DNA of 63,231 nt, filler included, from Saprolegnia diclina VS20 (Eukaryota), in assembly GCF_000281045.1 (NCBI RefSeq). It is 5 parts of one record of this genome, joined end to end, with 100 filler letters (N's around TTAATTAATTAA, not from the genome) between each part and the next. Parts side by side here need not be neighbours in the genome. Positions count along the whole stretch, not along the records: positions 1 to 26,473 come from NW_008246098.1; 4 more parts are not named here. One strand, written 5' to 3'. Below the pieces are notes generated by a model, which was not told where the DNA came from, searched no databases, and was given only the letters and a program-made list of their open reading frames with translations. Shown here one piece after another: positions 1 to 11,635 of this stretch; within the stretch, counting starts at the first letter, position 1, and each line of letters starts with the position of its first letter. Made by a program: the position numbers and the translations under genes.

Positions 1-1188
1 CCACCAGCCGTGCTGGTACGCAGTGATGAGCTGAAGCAGGACCGGGTTGCAGAGCGTCGCTTCCATTTTGCAGATGCCAATGTGGCTGAGCCGAGATTGC
101 ACTTTTCGCGGGTGATGCAGTCACTTTGATGTGATTGGTTGATAGGTTTCAGATCTGTCGTTTGATTGGCTGGCGAATGAAGCCGCTCATTCCGGAAGCG
201 AGTGTTGGTCGACGCCCACGCAAGTATCAACCAGACCATCCATTGATAATATATGTCTTTTGAGCGTCGTTTTGAGCTTCATTTTGAGCGCCACCCGACC
301 ATCGCATTGCTCATCGACAAGTGCGTTGCGCGCCACATGCACTCTCGGCTTGTACTAACCTGCATTCACTGCCCTACCCTCGACTAACGGTATATACTAG
401 ATGACCCCAGACTCGACGTTCCCAACCGTGAGCCAGGACAACAGGCATGCCGCTGCCACCTGTCTGATGTCGGGATATTGCTGTGACGAGCGCGATGCAA
501 AGCCGCAAGTTGCCAAGAGGCTGACTGCGCAGCGTGGTCGTCACATCACCATGGCGACAACGACTCGAGCTTTAGGACATGGATAACGCCTCCGAGACGC
601 AAGTAGCCGCCTCATCCTGACACACGCAACTGCAGTGATTCGCCTGCCAGAGCGACGCTGGTTGCGCGTCGTCGTATCGAGATGAGCAACGAGTGGTTCG
701 CACGGTCCCAACGAGCCACAGTTCTATGCCCGCAGGGCGCCGTGCCACGTAAGAGAGTTCTTTTATTGTGCACTTGTCATTAAAATACGATGAAATACCA
801 ACCCCATCAGGAGCCTTGTACTCTATGCAAGCTTGTCTTTTGTATGGAATCAAAAAACGGCGTCTGTAAAATGGTTTAAAAATACGATATTTTTATTTGT
901 ACACGCCAATAGAAATACCACGAGCGCACCCATTTCGAAATCCTCGACAATATATTTGCAAGCTCTGTCATTGCATTCTGTCAATATATGCAATTGTAAA
1001 CTTAATATATGTATGGTCTTGCACTTTATTAGGGCAGCGCGTTTTTATGTGGCAGATGCCGAATATAGCGATCGAACCGGGGCTGCTGCAGTGTATATCC
1101 TGTCAAAAGAGAATATTGGTCCGTGCATATGCATATTCACGCCTTAGCTTGTGCCAGCTGGGTTGCTTCACAAAAGATTCCAACGCCC

Positions 1189-3561
1189 ATGGCCGGTACG
1201 ACCTCGCTCGCTTCCCCCGCCCCGACGATCGCGGTCGCCGAGGTCCGCCATGGCAGCGTCACCAAGAAGATCGCGGTCTACGAGAAGATGCGCCCGAGCG
1301 AGCTCAACCTGATGCTGCATGCGGCCTTCTTTGCGCAAGGGGCGCCCGAGTGGACGACGGACGCCGTCGGCTTTGTGCATGCCAAGACCAAGACCTTTAT
1401 TCCACTTGCGCTTGGCACGGCCTTTCCGACGCTCTTCCAGCCCAACCACACGTACGAGCTCGTGCTGGCCAAGGCGGCAACGACGACGCCGGCGCCAGTC
1501 GTGCCGCCCTCGTCGCGCCCATGGACCGAGCAGCTCTATGCGCTGCTGTCGCAATGGAGTGCCACGTCGCCGTCGGCGCTGAGTCCCGACCAGCTGAATC
1601 GCCTCGAGCTTCTCATCGGCCAAGGCCACCCCGTGCTGCGACAGGCATTTGCCACGTACGAAGCCGACAAGTCGCTCGACGGCCTGTACGCGGCCGTGCA
1701 CCGCGTCTTGGGCGTTGTCTTGCAGCAGCAAAAGTCGTCGTTCACGCGCGTCGTCAACACCCTCTCGGTGCTCAAGCCCCACGACATTGCACTCATCCAC
1801 GAGCTGTACACCCAAGGTACATCAAGTCTGTTTTGACCGCATCTGCATGCTGACATGGACAGGCAACGAGCTCGTGCTTGCTGCATGGGAGGTCTACGAG
1901 CTCGACGAAGACCGCATGGAGTTTGCCGACACGCTCCTGCGTATCGTGCGCTTCAAGTCGCCGGCGGTCGCGTCGCCCTCGACAGCGTCGCCCAGCGTCC
2001 TTGTCACTGCTCTCTCGATGGAAGACGTGCTCAAAGAAATGCAGTCGCGCAGCGCCCTCACGAGCCTCCAGTACCAGGGACTACTCCGGCTCTGGCGCGC
2101 CAAGAACGACGCCATGGTCGGTGCCATGGAAGCCTTCCAGGTCGACCACGATCTCAAGGAGCTCGTCGAGACGCTCCTCCTCGTCGTCAAGCACGCTGGG
2201 TACGTCCCACCGCCTCGTCCCGTGAAACTTCATATGCATCGGATTAGCTTGACCAAGCAAAAGCCGACGCCAATTAGTGTGCCCCGCATCGACCTCGACG
2301 AGCTGCACCCGCTCTCGCCGAAAGCGCAAGACGTACGCTCGCCGCCGTCGTACGGGACGTTTGTGCCGGGGTCCGCGCCGTCAACACCCGTGCAAGGCGC
2401 GGCGCGGACGTCGTCGTCGCTGTCGGCACGGTCGACGCCATCGGCCAAGCCCGTCGCCAAGGCCGCGCCAGCGTCCAACCTCTCCAAAGCCAAGCCCAAC
2501 CCAAAGGCCAAGCCAGCTCTGCACGTAGCAACGTCGTTGCCGGATGATGTCGGAAGCCCAGCGAACCTGATCTTGTCACCGTCGCACTACCCGCCAAATT
2601 CGACCGAGCTGTACATTGCACAGCTTTTGGAGCGCCTCGTGGCGTCGTCGGACCTTAGCGCGGGCCAGCAAATGGCGCTCAAGACGCTCATCAAGAAGCA
2701 AGATGCGCGCTTGTTTGCGGCGGCAACGTCGTTCCAGCACGATGGGGACAAGGCAGCGCTGCTCCCACTGCTGCACGACCTCTGCGGCGTCTTGAACTGG
2801 GAAGCCAACCACCAAAGCATCCTCTACACATGGTGCGTCGCCTCTCTAGGCGCAAAATGCGGATCCTAGGATGGCGTAGGATCGTGCCGCTCGAGCAAGA
2901 CGGGCGTGGCGCTGGTCTTCGCGACCTCTGGGACGCCAACGACCCGCGGCTCATGGCAGCCTACTTTCTCTTCCTTCAGGACCGCAACGAAGACGACTTT
3001 ACCGACACGCTGCTTCGGCTGGCGACGAGTACCCCACCGGCATCCGACTTGGAGGTGGCCAAGGACGCCCTCGATGACCTCGTGACCGCCGGACGTCTCA
3101 GCCAAGACGTCGAAGCGCACTTGGCGCCCGAGGACCCGCGCGTCCTCGCTGCCCTCGACGTATACGCCGACAGCCTCGACATTGTACGTCGCTTGAGCTA
3201 AGGAGGAGGCTCATGTGGGATGTAGCCCGACTTGGTGGACACGCTCGAGCGCATTGCGTCGCCGTCGACGGTCGCCAGCCCGCTCTCGAGTCCACGCGCA
3301 CATGATGAGGACACGAGTCGTGTCGATATGTCGGTGATGGAGAAGCAGATTCTGCACCTTGTCTACGAGCTCGACTTGCCGGACGACGAGCTGCTCGCGC
3401 TGAAAACTGCGCTCGTTGAGAATGACGTTGTCGTCCAAGCCGCGATCCAAGTGTTTGAAACCGAGAAGGACGAAGAAGACTTCAAGGACACGCTCCGGCG
3501 CGTCGCTCGGCACCGCGCGAGTGCGTCCGAAGCCGTGCCTGATGCCGAGACCGAGGCATAG
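1189..3561 (+). CDS. Uncharacterised protein with about 7 short helical repeats; 5 exons (introns 1817-1862, 2200-2247, 2833-2879, 3184-3225)
   Basis: ORFs 1123-1836, 1649-2869, 2830-3201 and 3232-3561 join in frame across GT..AG introns of 42-48 nt. Recurring motif A[AM]xx.[YF]..D.D..[ED][FL].[DE]TL.R[ILV]. The second intron is in-frame and stop-free, so less certain. Confidence 0.85.
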
Positions 3562-4744
3562 GACACGCTAGCGTTGGTGTCGGTAACCCCGCATGAAGAA
3601 GCACTGTTGTACGAGTCGCCATCATCGTGACGGAGACATTGGGACATGCTGCGGTGCATGTATGCACCGAGGCCATTTGCAAGCACTTTTGCGTGTCTGG
3701 TCCAAAGTAGCTGCGTCTGTCTATGCGAGGGCGTACCTGGCGCGAGCGTCCGATCAGGTGCCTTTTCTAAGCACGTGGCTCTTTGCTTTGTGCCAGTGGA
3801 TCTCGCATCTCTTTATGCCCGCCACGGATGTTAACTGGGAGCGTACCGACAGGTGCTTGGCCCATGGCGCGGAATGCCGAGGGACTTCAAGGTGGTGGTT
3901 GAAATGACAAATGGCCGAGTCCAACGACGTTGGTTCATATCGCAGCGGTGATGACAAGTGGGCCAGACAAAGGCAAAGGGGCGGCTTCTATGGGGCGGCG
4001 CCATATCATGCGGGTGCGTCGACGGATCGACAAAGACACTGCAGAGAAGCCTTTGCGCTGCATGTCTCGTAACCATTTGATAGGGAATTTGTATCTGCGT
4101 ATCGAAGCTTGTACCAATGTCCTTCGCACAATTGATATGGTGTAATGGCCGCGGAGCACAGAGGGCAGCGACGTCCAGCGCCGCGCAAGCCAGTGCGTGC
4201 CACGACTTGTCAATCACAAATTCCCTAAAAAAAGTACACTTTGCCCTTTGCCACCTTGCACTTGGCTGGAGGAGCAAGAAGCATCGTGTGTTGGTCAGCT
4301 GTGTTGGTCAGCGCCACGAATGTTCGTTATTGCACTGTCGCCGAGCAGCGTGTACGACATGGAGTTTGGATGGTCATCGTCGACCATGGCCCGCGGGGTC
4401 AACTTGAAGTTGGCCGTGATCACGGACGCATGGTGTCTCAATTCATTTCACAACAAACCCCGTCGCGCATGCATGCTGTTGATGCTTCTTGTTGCTTGTC
4501 GCTTGACGGAATATGACCCGATAGAGAAGAGCTTGAAGCTAACGTCGTGGCCGCGACTGTACTTGTTAGTGCAATTCGCAGGCCCTATTTATGACCCAGC
4601 AGGCCATGGCGCCTCGGACCGTGTCTCTGGCGCTCTCATGTGCATCGAACCAAGTTTCTATGCGGGCGCCGTTAGGGACACGCAGCTCCCACAAACTCAG
4701 TGTGTGCCTCAGTTTTTCATTTACTTTGAGTCCGAGAGTGCAGC

Positions 4745-5110
4745 ATGCCGATGACACAAAACTACCGCATGTGCCTCACCGAAGCCCGGAAGCGCAACGT
4801 GTACATTGTCGCCCGCCTCCTCAACGACAGTGCGTCCAAGACCAGCAAGCTGCCGGCGACCAAGCTCTCGGCCAAGCTACCGCTGGTCGCGTACAAGATG
4901 GAGCACCGCATCAACGAAGTCGCGCGCGGTCGCACCCTCGACGAAAAGACCATCAAGGTGCTCCTCTTGCACTTGATCCAGCAAGCCCACCGCCGCCGGC
5001 GCCAGCAGCACCAGCTCCAGCAGCAATTCGCACAACAGCAACAGCAGCAGCAACAGCAAGTACCGCAGCCGCAGAGCGCGTCGACAGCAGCCGTGGCTGC
5101 TGCCGTCTGA
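4745..5110 (+). CDS. Small KIX-like three-helix protein with polyQ tail
   Basis: 121-aa ORF. RNVYIVARLL...KLPLVAYKMEHRINEVA...DEKTIKVLL resembles the Med15-type KIX pattern KLP..A..LE..L...A...D..TL...L. CAG/CAA run at the C-terminus. Confidence 0.65.
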   Translation: MPMTQNYRMCLTEARKRNVYIVARLLNDSASKTSKLPATKLSAKLPLVAYKMEHRINEVARGRTLDEKTIKVLLLHLIQQAHRRRRQQHQLQQQFAQQQQQQQQQVPQPQSASTAAVAAAV

Positions 5111-5554
5111 GCACCACGCTGCGCGTATTTATAAAATGTTTCAAGTCGCGACCCAGAGGAAGGTCCCGCCGACGCGTGTTGGGTCTGTCACGAAATACCC
5201 CACGCGATTAAACTCAGTAGTTAAAACACTAAAATGACATACACTTTGAACCCAATGTGACGATTGCACCTTTGGTCGACCACGAAATATACATGTGTGT
5301 GATAGGCCGAGCCGAGGGAAATAGCGTAGTGACTGTATATAATACTTTTATAGCTTCGTTTTATGCGACGGGACCAGAAACACGTGCTTGAACCGGTTGC
5401 TTGTCCCATCGCAATGGCGGTTTCGTTTGCACACCGGTCGTCTCACGACTCACGTTGTCGACTCGTTTACAGTTCATATGTGCTACTATCGCAGTGGCAC
5501 GTGTGGACCGTACACGCTTTGGTGCGCAGTAGCTATAGAACAATGGGGATGACG

Positions 5555-8500
5555 TCATTCGAGACGGGGCAAGACGTGCGACGCGCGCCGATGGGCGTCC
5601 AGTGTCGTCGGTCCGTGCCACAGGCGCCAGCTCTTGATGTCCATCAAGTAGACGCGGCCTTGAAACTCGTACGATAAGAGCCCGGCCATGATCGCCGACG
5701 TCTTGTCGAGCAAAAGGGCGCCGTCGACCGCGTGCAGTCGCATCAAGTAGTAGCTCTGCGCGTTGAGGACGACAGAAGGAATCTCACGCGGCGGCCAATG
5801 TGGGAACCGCAGCCGCTGTACAACGTATGTACTCAATACGCAGCTGCAGATGAGGGCCATCGAGTGCCCGAGGCGGTCGAGGCTGCCGACAGCGATGACG
5901 CCACTCACGCAAGTGAGCTGGAGGTCCATGTCGGTGGCAACACAGCGTCGGTGGATCGTCGCAGCGTACAGCTGCGGGGACTGCAGCGTCCACACAAACG
6001 AGACAACCCACGTAAAACTCGAGCTTTTGGACGCATAGAGCAACGTGTACTGCTGCGAGACGCACGAAAAGAGGTCGTTGAGGACGTAGACAAGCCACGT
6101 CATTTCGGACGTGGCGAGGAGGGTGGTGTACCACGCTAATGGCGGAGACGTAAAGTACGTGGCGACACCCGCTTGCACAAGCGTAAGCGGGCTCGTGTTG
6201 AGGAGCCAGATTGCCGAGAGGCTGCGGACCAGCACGAACGGGCGGCCAAGCCAGACCATACCGACAATACGGTTGACGCAGAGGAGGTTGAGGCACTCGA
6301 CGTGGCCGCGGCGGTACGCGACAGAGAGCACAAGCGAAGCGCTCACGAGAATGAGGACGATTGTGATGTACTGGACGCAGTAGCCCGACAAGGAGGAAAA
6401 GCTCGATGGAATCGCGTTTGGATTTGGTACCATGCTGAGCACCGGTGTCGCCGACGAGATGGCCGTGATGCGCCCTGCGTCACCGCGAAGCGAGAGCACT
6501 TCCCGCGTCCCAGCAGCCCACTCGTAGAGGAAGCCCCACCCGTAGAACGACCACGCGCGATCGTGCCGGTCGTCAAGTCGATAGAACCGCTGGAGCGTCG
6601 TATTGGTCGCTGTATCGAACAGATACTGGAGCATCGAGACGCCGAGCGCGTCAATGTCGGCAGCCGCCGACGCGCGAAGAACCGGTGTGGATGCAAACGT
6701 GGCGTTGTAGGTCATTAAAAAGGCCATCGCTTTCAGTCGCTGCGTGGTGCACTGCGACGGCCGCATCGTGTCCAAGTAGCAGATACCATCGAGGTCGGCA
6801 TCCGTGCTGTTGGCGCCAAGAAGACTGAAGAGCTCGGACGCGCGCGTGGGCATGAGATACCCCGTGAACACCGAGTGACACATGTTGGTGACGCTAAAGC
6901 CGACGTACATGCCATTGGCAGCCGGCCAAGGGGCCACGTCATTACCACAAAAGATGTTGCCGCCACCGAGAAGCAAATTCGAGTTGGAGACGACCTCGTA
7001 CGGCACGGGTTGGTATTGTGCCTGGAGCGTGAGATCGACGAAAGCTGCCTGTGCGTCACGGTCGGTCACGACAAGGCGCGTCAAATTGTGGACAACGCCG
7101 TCGTAGAACACTAGGAGGCTTTTCGGGGGCAGGACGTAGGCGAGATCGATGGCGCCAAAGGGCCCGACCGCTTTTGTTAAGAGGGAAAACCCAGATGTGA
7201 GCGGAAGGGACAAGGTGGTATTTTGCACAAGCACCGAGGTCGTCGACACGTTCACGAACGCAAAGAGGGAGCTGCTCCGAAGCAAACTGGCGCCCCCGAT
7301 ACCAGACGTGTTGGTAGTAATGGCCCAGAGGTCGCTGGCCAGCGACCAATACATTTTGAACGATGTCTGTTGACTCGGATGGTAGTGGCCGACGAATTCA
7401 CTGAGCTGAAGCGAGTAGGTTACGCCCAGTGCACTCTGAATCCAAATGCTGTCGTCCATGCCCGGCGTCTTGTAGTTTTGCCACTGCAGCTGAAAGGTCG
7501 AGATCGCATGGGACTCCCAGAAGCGGACTTCGTCCTCAATGGAGAGGGCCGCGCTTGAGATGCTCTCGAGCCATTGTTGTCCGTCACCGGACATTTCCAA
7601 GTACTTTACAAAGCCAAGCTGCCACGAGTCGCCCCAGCAAGTGTCCCAAGTCGTCCAGTTGTTGAGGTTCCGCAGACCTATCTCGAGGTACACGGCGCCA
7701 TTTGACGCCATGCTCCTCGCACAGCGCGCTTGACGGGACGCGGTGGCCGCCATCTCCCACGTCTGGCTCATGTCGAGCCAGCAGTACTGCGTAAACATCC
7801 ACGGAAGTTGGCACGGATGCATGCGCCGCAGGTTTGCAACCGCTACATCCAAGGATGCATCCGAGTACAGCTGGCGACGGGCACTCGACTCGGCCCATAG
7901 AATGACCGTCGTCGACGAATTGTAGAGCTGACTCATGTCGCCATGACCAGGACTGTCGAGTGCAAACGCAGGCTCTTGCGTCGTCAACATGAGTTGCCGA
8001 TTGAACACATTGGCCACGAACGCTTGTGCGCCGGAGCTGTTGAAGCCCGCCCAGCCATAGTCATTGCTAAGGTCATTGGCGACGACCGAGTAGTAGAGCA
8101 CATTGCTTGTCAACGTCGCTAGAATGTACACGACGCAGCCCCCAAGCGTGATCCAGCGCGCCTTTTCAAAGAACATTTGCAACAAAGGGCCTTCGGAACT
8201 GCGAGACGTGGCTAACGAAGTGACTGGTAGTGGCGGCAAGCAAAGCGACGGGCGGTGGACAGAGCGCCACAAGTTGACGTGAAAATACCGATTGCGCGGC
8301 AGGCTCAAGAGACCCGCCATGGCGGCGGTGACAACATCGAGGCGGCCGCTGTCATCCAAGCTCGCAAACGCCACGACCGACGAGTGGTACAAGAGGGGTG
8401 GTGCGCCAAGAGCACTGCTCGGAGCGACGGCCATCGACGCATGCCAACGTGACACCGTATACGCAAGGACGATTGATACCAGTTGCACTCCAAAGATGGT

Positions 8501-10693
8501 GAGTGTACGCAGTGGGGACCCAATTTGAACACTTGCACTCGTACAGTAGACTTGCCAGTCCATGTTGACCAAGGAGCAGTGTCGTTCGAGATGAATGGAC
8601 GCTGTGATGGGCGCAAAAGTGTCCAACATTATGAGACTGGCCCACGAAAGCGCAAAGCTCAGCGGCGCATATGCGCGCGTGAATGGCGTCGTGAGCGGAT
8701 GAAGGAGGTCATGGCACGCGTAGCCAAACCACGTGGCTTCGCTCGCAAGAACGAGCGTCACCAACAGGTCATGCTGGTCCACTTGCAATTGCGTGGCCCC
8801 GTGGTTGGTGCGCGGCTGCACCGAGGCCGTCGACAAGGCCAAGACCGCCGTGATGCTGCGTACGACAAGGGCGCTGCGGTTGAGCCAGATAGCCGGCACA
8901 ATGCGGTTAAAGACCGTCCACTGCGCGTGCGCGGTGCGCGTCAGCAGCCAGAGCATTGTCGCCAGTAGCGCCACGAGGCAGAGAACGAGCGACACTGTGC
9001 TCGAGACGAACCAGAGATACCAACTCGCGCTGTACAACAGGCCATTTGAGGCGCTCGGTAGCAGCGCGTAGGTATACGACAAAAGCGTCATGGCGTCGTG
9101 GTCCCCCTCAAAGCGAATGGCTTCGCGCTGCAGCGTCGCCCAATCGTAGACGCGCAGCCAGCCAAAAAAGGTAAAGTCACCATGCAATAGGTCAATATGG
9201 TCAATGTACAAAGTGTCGTTTGCGTCGAGGACAAATTGCATCACCGACAAGTGCAGTGGCAACACCGCCTGCGCCGCTGCGTCCAGCACCGTTCGATTCA
9301 TTGTCGTGGTGAGAAGCAGGCGGTACGCCCGTGCCGTGGCGTCCAGCTGCCGCACGCAGGCCGCGGTGGCCGACGGCACGTGGGCACAGACACGTGACGC
9401 GTCGCCGCCCAGCATCATATGGGCAAAAAGGCCATTGAACGGAGTCCACACATCGAGAATCGGAGCTTGCGTCCCGCACGCGTCATCGAAGGCAAAGGAC
9501 CGCTGCGGAAATGGGAGCGGCGCGCCGTAGCTGCACATGGGGTTGCCGCCAAGAAAGCACAGCGACGGGTCTTGCCACTGCGTCGGAACGGTGGCGAGCG
9601 GAAGTGTCGACAGATCGTCCACCGCGCGCGCCACGTCTGCGTTTTCCAAAGCTTCAAACAGGTGAGCTTGGAACGTGGTGACCGCGACGCGGAGATCGTC
9701 GGGCACGCGGACCCAGCGCAGGTCAATGTCGTCGAGCGCGCCGACGGCGTCGTGGACCAATTGAAACACGCGGTTGAGAGGCAATCCGACATCGTAGCTC
9801 TCCAGTTGGCGGTTGCCGTTGGCGCCAAACCACAGAGCGCTGTTGAGGACGAGCGACTGGTTGGAGCTGAGCGCGTTAAAGTCATTGAAGAGCGCCATGT
9901 ACATGTACGACGACGTCCACGACGGCCCTCGGTTCAGTGCCGGAATCGCTTGGATGGGATACGCAAACGTCGTGCCGAGCGCCGTGTGAATCTGGATCTG
10001 GTCGTCCAGCCCGATCTGGACGCGGTTCCCGTACTGAAGCTCGAAACGCACCAGACCGCGACGATACCAGACATCGAGTTCGTCGGCGATCGAGAGCCAT
10101 TGGTGGTCGACGATCGCCGCGACCCAACTGGCGCCACCGAGGTCTGTCACACCCGCCGCAATTTTGTTGTAAAAGCTGTCGTAATTTTGACCCAGCCACA
10201 CGTCAAGACGCGTATTGCGCAGGACGGCCTCGAGGTACACGGCAGCATTGTCGGTATCGCTCAAGCGACAACGCTCGAGGCGCTTGCTCGTATGCGCGAT
10301 GGACCAGCGCCGGTTCAAGTCGACCCAACAGTACGGCGTGATCATGTAGTTGAGGTAGCCTGGATCCATGCGGCGCAAGCTCGGAATCGCCGTCTGTGGG
10401 CTCGTGAGCTCTTGGTACACGAGGTACCTCGGGTAGACGGGCGAGACGCCGGTCGCCAATCGGTCGTAGACGCGGTAGCGTGGCGCCGCAATGTCTCTAA
10501 TGTCGAGCGTTGCATTCGGCAGCAGCGCGAGCTGCGTGTTCAAAATGGACTGGAACAACGGGTAGACGTTGTCAAAACCGGGCCAGTACAAGTCGTTTTG
10601 GGTCCATGGGAAGAAGAGAATGAGGCCGTAGACGCTCCACGCGGTGGACCACACGACGTAGAGCCAGCCCGCGAGATCCCATCGGCCCAGCAT
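5555..10693 (-). CDS. Large multi-pass membrane protein (about 1712 aa) with two homologous halves; resembles a family expanded in Saprolegniales
   Basis: Intronless ORF; first ATG at 10693. Duplicated motifs NDLYWPGF/NDYGWAGF, TPYCWVD..RRWSIA/TQYCWLD..QTWEMA, NAAVYLEAVLRN/NGAVYLEIGLRN and LASEATW/ATSEMTW. Each half has a large soluble region followed by several TM helices. Confidence 0.9.
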   Translation of the reverse strand: MLGRWDLAGWLYVVWSTAWSVYGLILFFPWTQNDLYWPGFDNVYPLFQSILNTQLALLPNATLDIRDIAAPRYRVYDRLATGVSPVYPRYLVYQELTSPQTAIPSLRRMDPGYLNYMITPYCWVDLNRRWSIAHTSKRLERCRLSDTDNAAVYLEAVLRNTRLDVWLGQNYDSFYNKIAAGVTDLGGASWVAAIVDHQWLSIADELDVWYRRGLVRFELQYGNRVQIGLDDQIQIHTALGTTFAYPIQAIPALNRGPSWTSSYMYMALFNDFNALSSNQSLVLNSALWFGANGNRQLESYDVGLPLNRVFQLVHDAVGALDDIDLRWVRVPDDLRVAVTTFQAHLFEALENADVARAVDDLSTLPLATVPTQWQDPSLCFLGGNPMCSYGAPLPFPQRSFAFDDACGTQAPILDVWTPFNGLFAHMMLGGDASRVCAHVPSATAACVRQLDATARAYRLLLTTTMNRTVLDAAAQAVLPLHLSVMQFVLDANDTLYIDHIDLLHGDFTFFGWLRVYDWATLQREAIRFEGDHDAMTLLSYTYALLPSASNGLLYSASWYLWFVSSTVSLVLCLVALLATMLWLLTRTAHAQWTVFNRIVPAIWLNRSALVVRSITAVLALSTASVQPRTNHGATQLQVDQHDLLVTLVLASEATWFGYACHDLLHPLTTPFTRAYAPLSFALSWASLIMLDTFAPITASIHLERHCSLVNMDWQVYCTSASVQIGSPLRTLTIFGVQLVSIVLAYTVSRWHASMAVAPSSALGAPPLLYHSSVVAFASLDDSGRLDVVTAAMAGLLSLPRNRYFHVNLWRSVHRPSLCLPPLPVTSLATSRSSEGPLLQMFFEKARWITLGGCVVYILATLTSNVLYYSVVANDLSNDYGWAGFNSSGAQAFVANVFNRQLMLTTQEPAFALDSPGHGDMSQLYNSSTTVILWAESSARRQLYSDASLDVAVANLRRMHPCQLPWMFTQYCWLDMSQTWEMAATASRQARCARSMASNGAVYLEIGLRNLNNWTTWDTCWGDSWQLGFVKYLEMSGDGQQWLESISSAALSIEDEVRFWESHAISTFQLQWQNYKTPGMDDSIWIQSALGVTYSLQLSEFVGHYHPSQQTSFKMYWSLASDLWAITTNTSGIGGASLLRSSSLFAFVNVSTTSVLVQNTTLSLPLTSGFSLLTKAVGPFGAIDLAYVLPPKSLLVFYDGVVHNLTRLVVTDRDAQAAFVDLTLQAQYQPVPYEVVSNSNLLLGGGNIFCGNDVAPWPAANGMYVGFSVTNMCHSVFTGYLMPTRASELFSLLGANSTDADLDGICYLDTMRPSQCTTQRLKAMAFLMTYNATFASTPVLRASAAADIDALGVSMLQYLFDTATNTTLQRFYRLDDRHDRAWSFYGWGFLYEWAAGTREVLSLRGDAGRITAISSATPVLSMVPNPNAIPSSFSSLSGYCVQYITIVLILVSASLVLSVAYRRGHVECLNLLCVNRIVGMVWLGRPFVLVRSLSAIWLLNTSPLTLVQAGVATYFTSPPLAWYTTLLATSEMTWLVYVLNDLFSCVSQQYTLLYASKSSSFTWVVSFVWTLQSPQLYAATIHRRCVATDMDLQLTCVSGVIAVGSLDRLGHSMALICSCVLSTYVVQRLRFPHWPPREIPSVVLNAQSYYLMRLHAVDGALLLDKTSAIMAGLLSYEFQGRVYLMDIKSWRLWHGPTTLDAHRRASHVLPRLE

Positions 10694-11635
10694 GTGCGTC
10701 GTCGGATGCGGCGATAACCCGAAACACCCGCCAGATTTAGGTGTCAGACGACGTCGACGGTTGCCGCAACAGGAACGAAACCGTGTTAAAGGACGCCTGT
10801 TCAAAGCTCACATCGGACAGCGGACGCCCTAGATAAGGCACCTAGTAAAACACAGTGTTTAGCGCACTAGGACTAAGAACGTATACCACTCGTTGTGTGT
10901 TGTGAGGTGCCAATCGCCGTTTTGACCTCTACGCTGCCTCGGACCCTGGAGTTCCCGGTGACCCTCTTGGTTGCAGGCTGCCCGTGTACCCTGGAGAAGC
11001 TACTGGAGACTACTGCCCAGTATGCTTGGCTCCCGCCGGTAGCCTGGCCTGAAGAGACGCCGATTCACCAAGCCGCTCCAAGCGCAGGGCGCATCAGGCG
11101 GTGGAAATACTGTGTTGTAGGCTGTAGACGTTAATTGCATCCCATTTTACGACTCGAGGCGACTGAGCTACATTCCCCGCGGACCCGTGTTCGGGCTTCA
11201 CGAAACGAGAACTTGGAACCCAAATAAGTGCTGGAGCTGTAGGCGCGATTAGGCTTCCACCATCATGTCCCCGCTTTCTACTAAAGACGGGACGCAGTTG
11301 CCGAGTTCGAGGAGAGGGGCCCACGTGGCGCAACGCTTGCTTTTTCCATCAAGTTCGTTAGCGAGATGCAAGTGGACGACGGCAAGCTTCTCGCCGGGCA
11401 AAACAGCACCAAGATAGCCTCGGGACCAGAACGCCGTACCTAGTGTGAAGGCTTCTCGACGAAATATGGTCTGGTTTTACAAACCTATGAACGCCAACGC
11501 GGCGCCGAGTCGGTGCTACTGAATACTAGTAGGAGTTAGTTAATGGGGCACTCGGTCCTCTTCCGTGTCCATCATGTCCCTTTGGAAATGTAGAAACAAA
11601 TCGTTACGCGAGTTAGTCGCCTCGAGTACCGGTCG

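Noticed and set aside
9419..10717. 432-aa plus-strand ORF and other long overlapping ORFs (897-1853, 11678-12817, 22740-24053, 49217-50869)
   Set aside because: Antisense or off-frame shadows of real GC3-rich genes; Arg/Ala-rich with no motifs.
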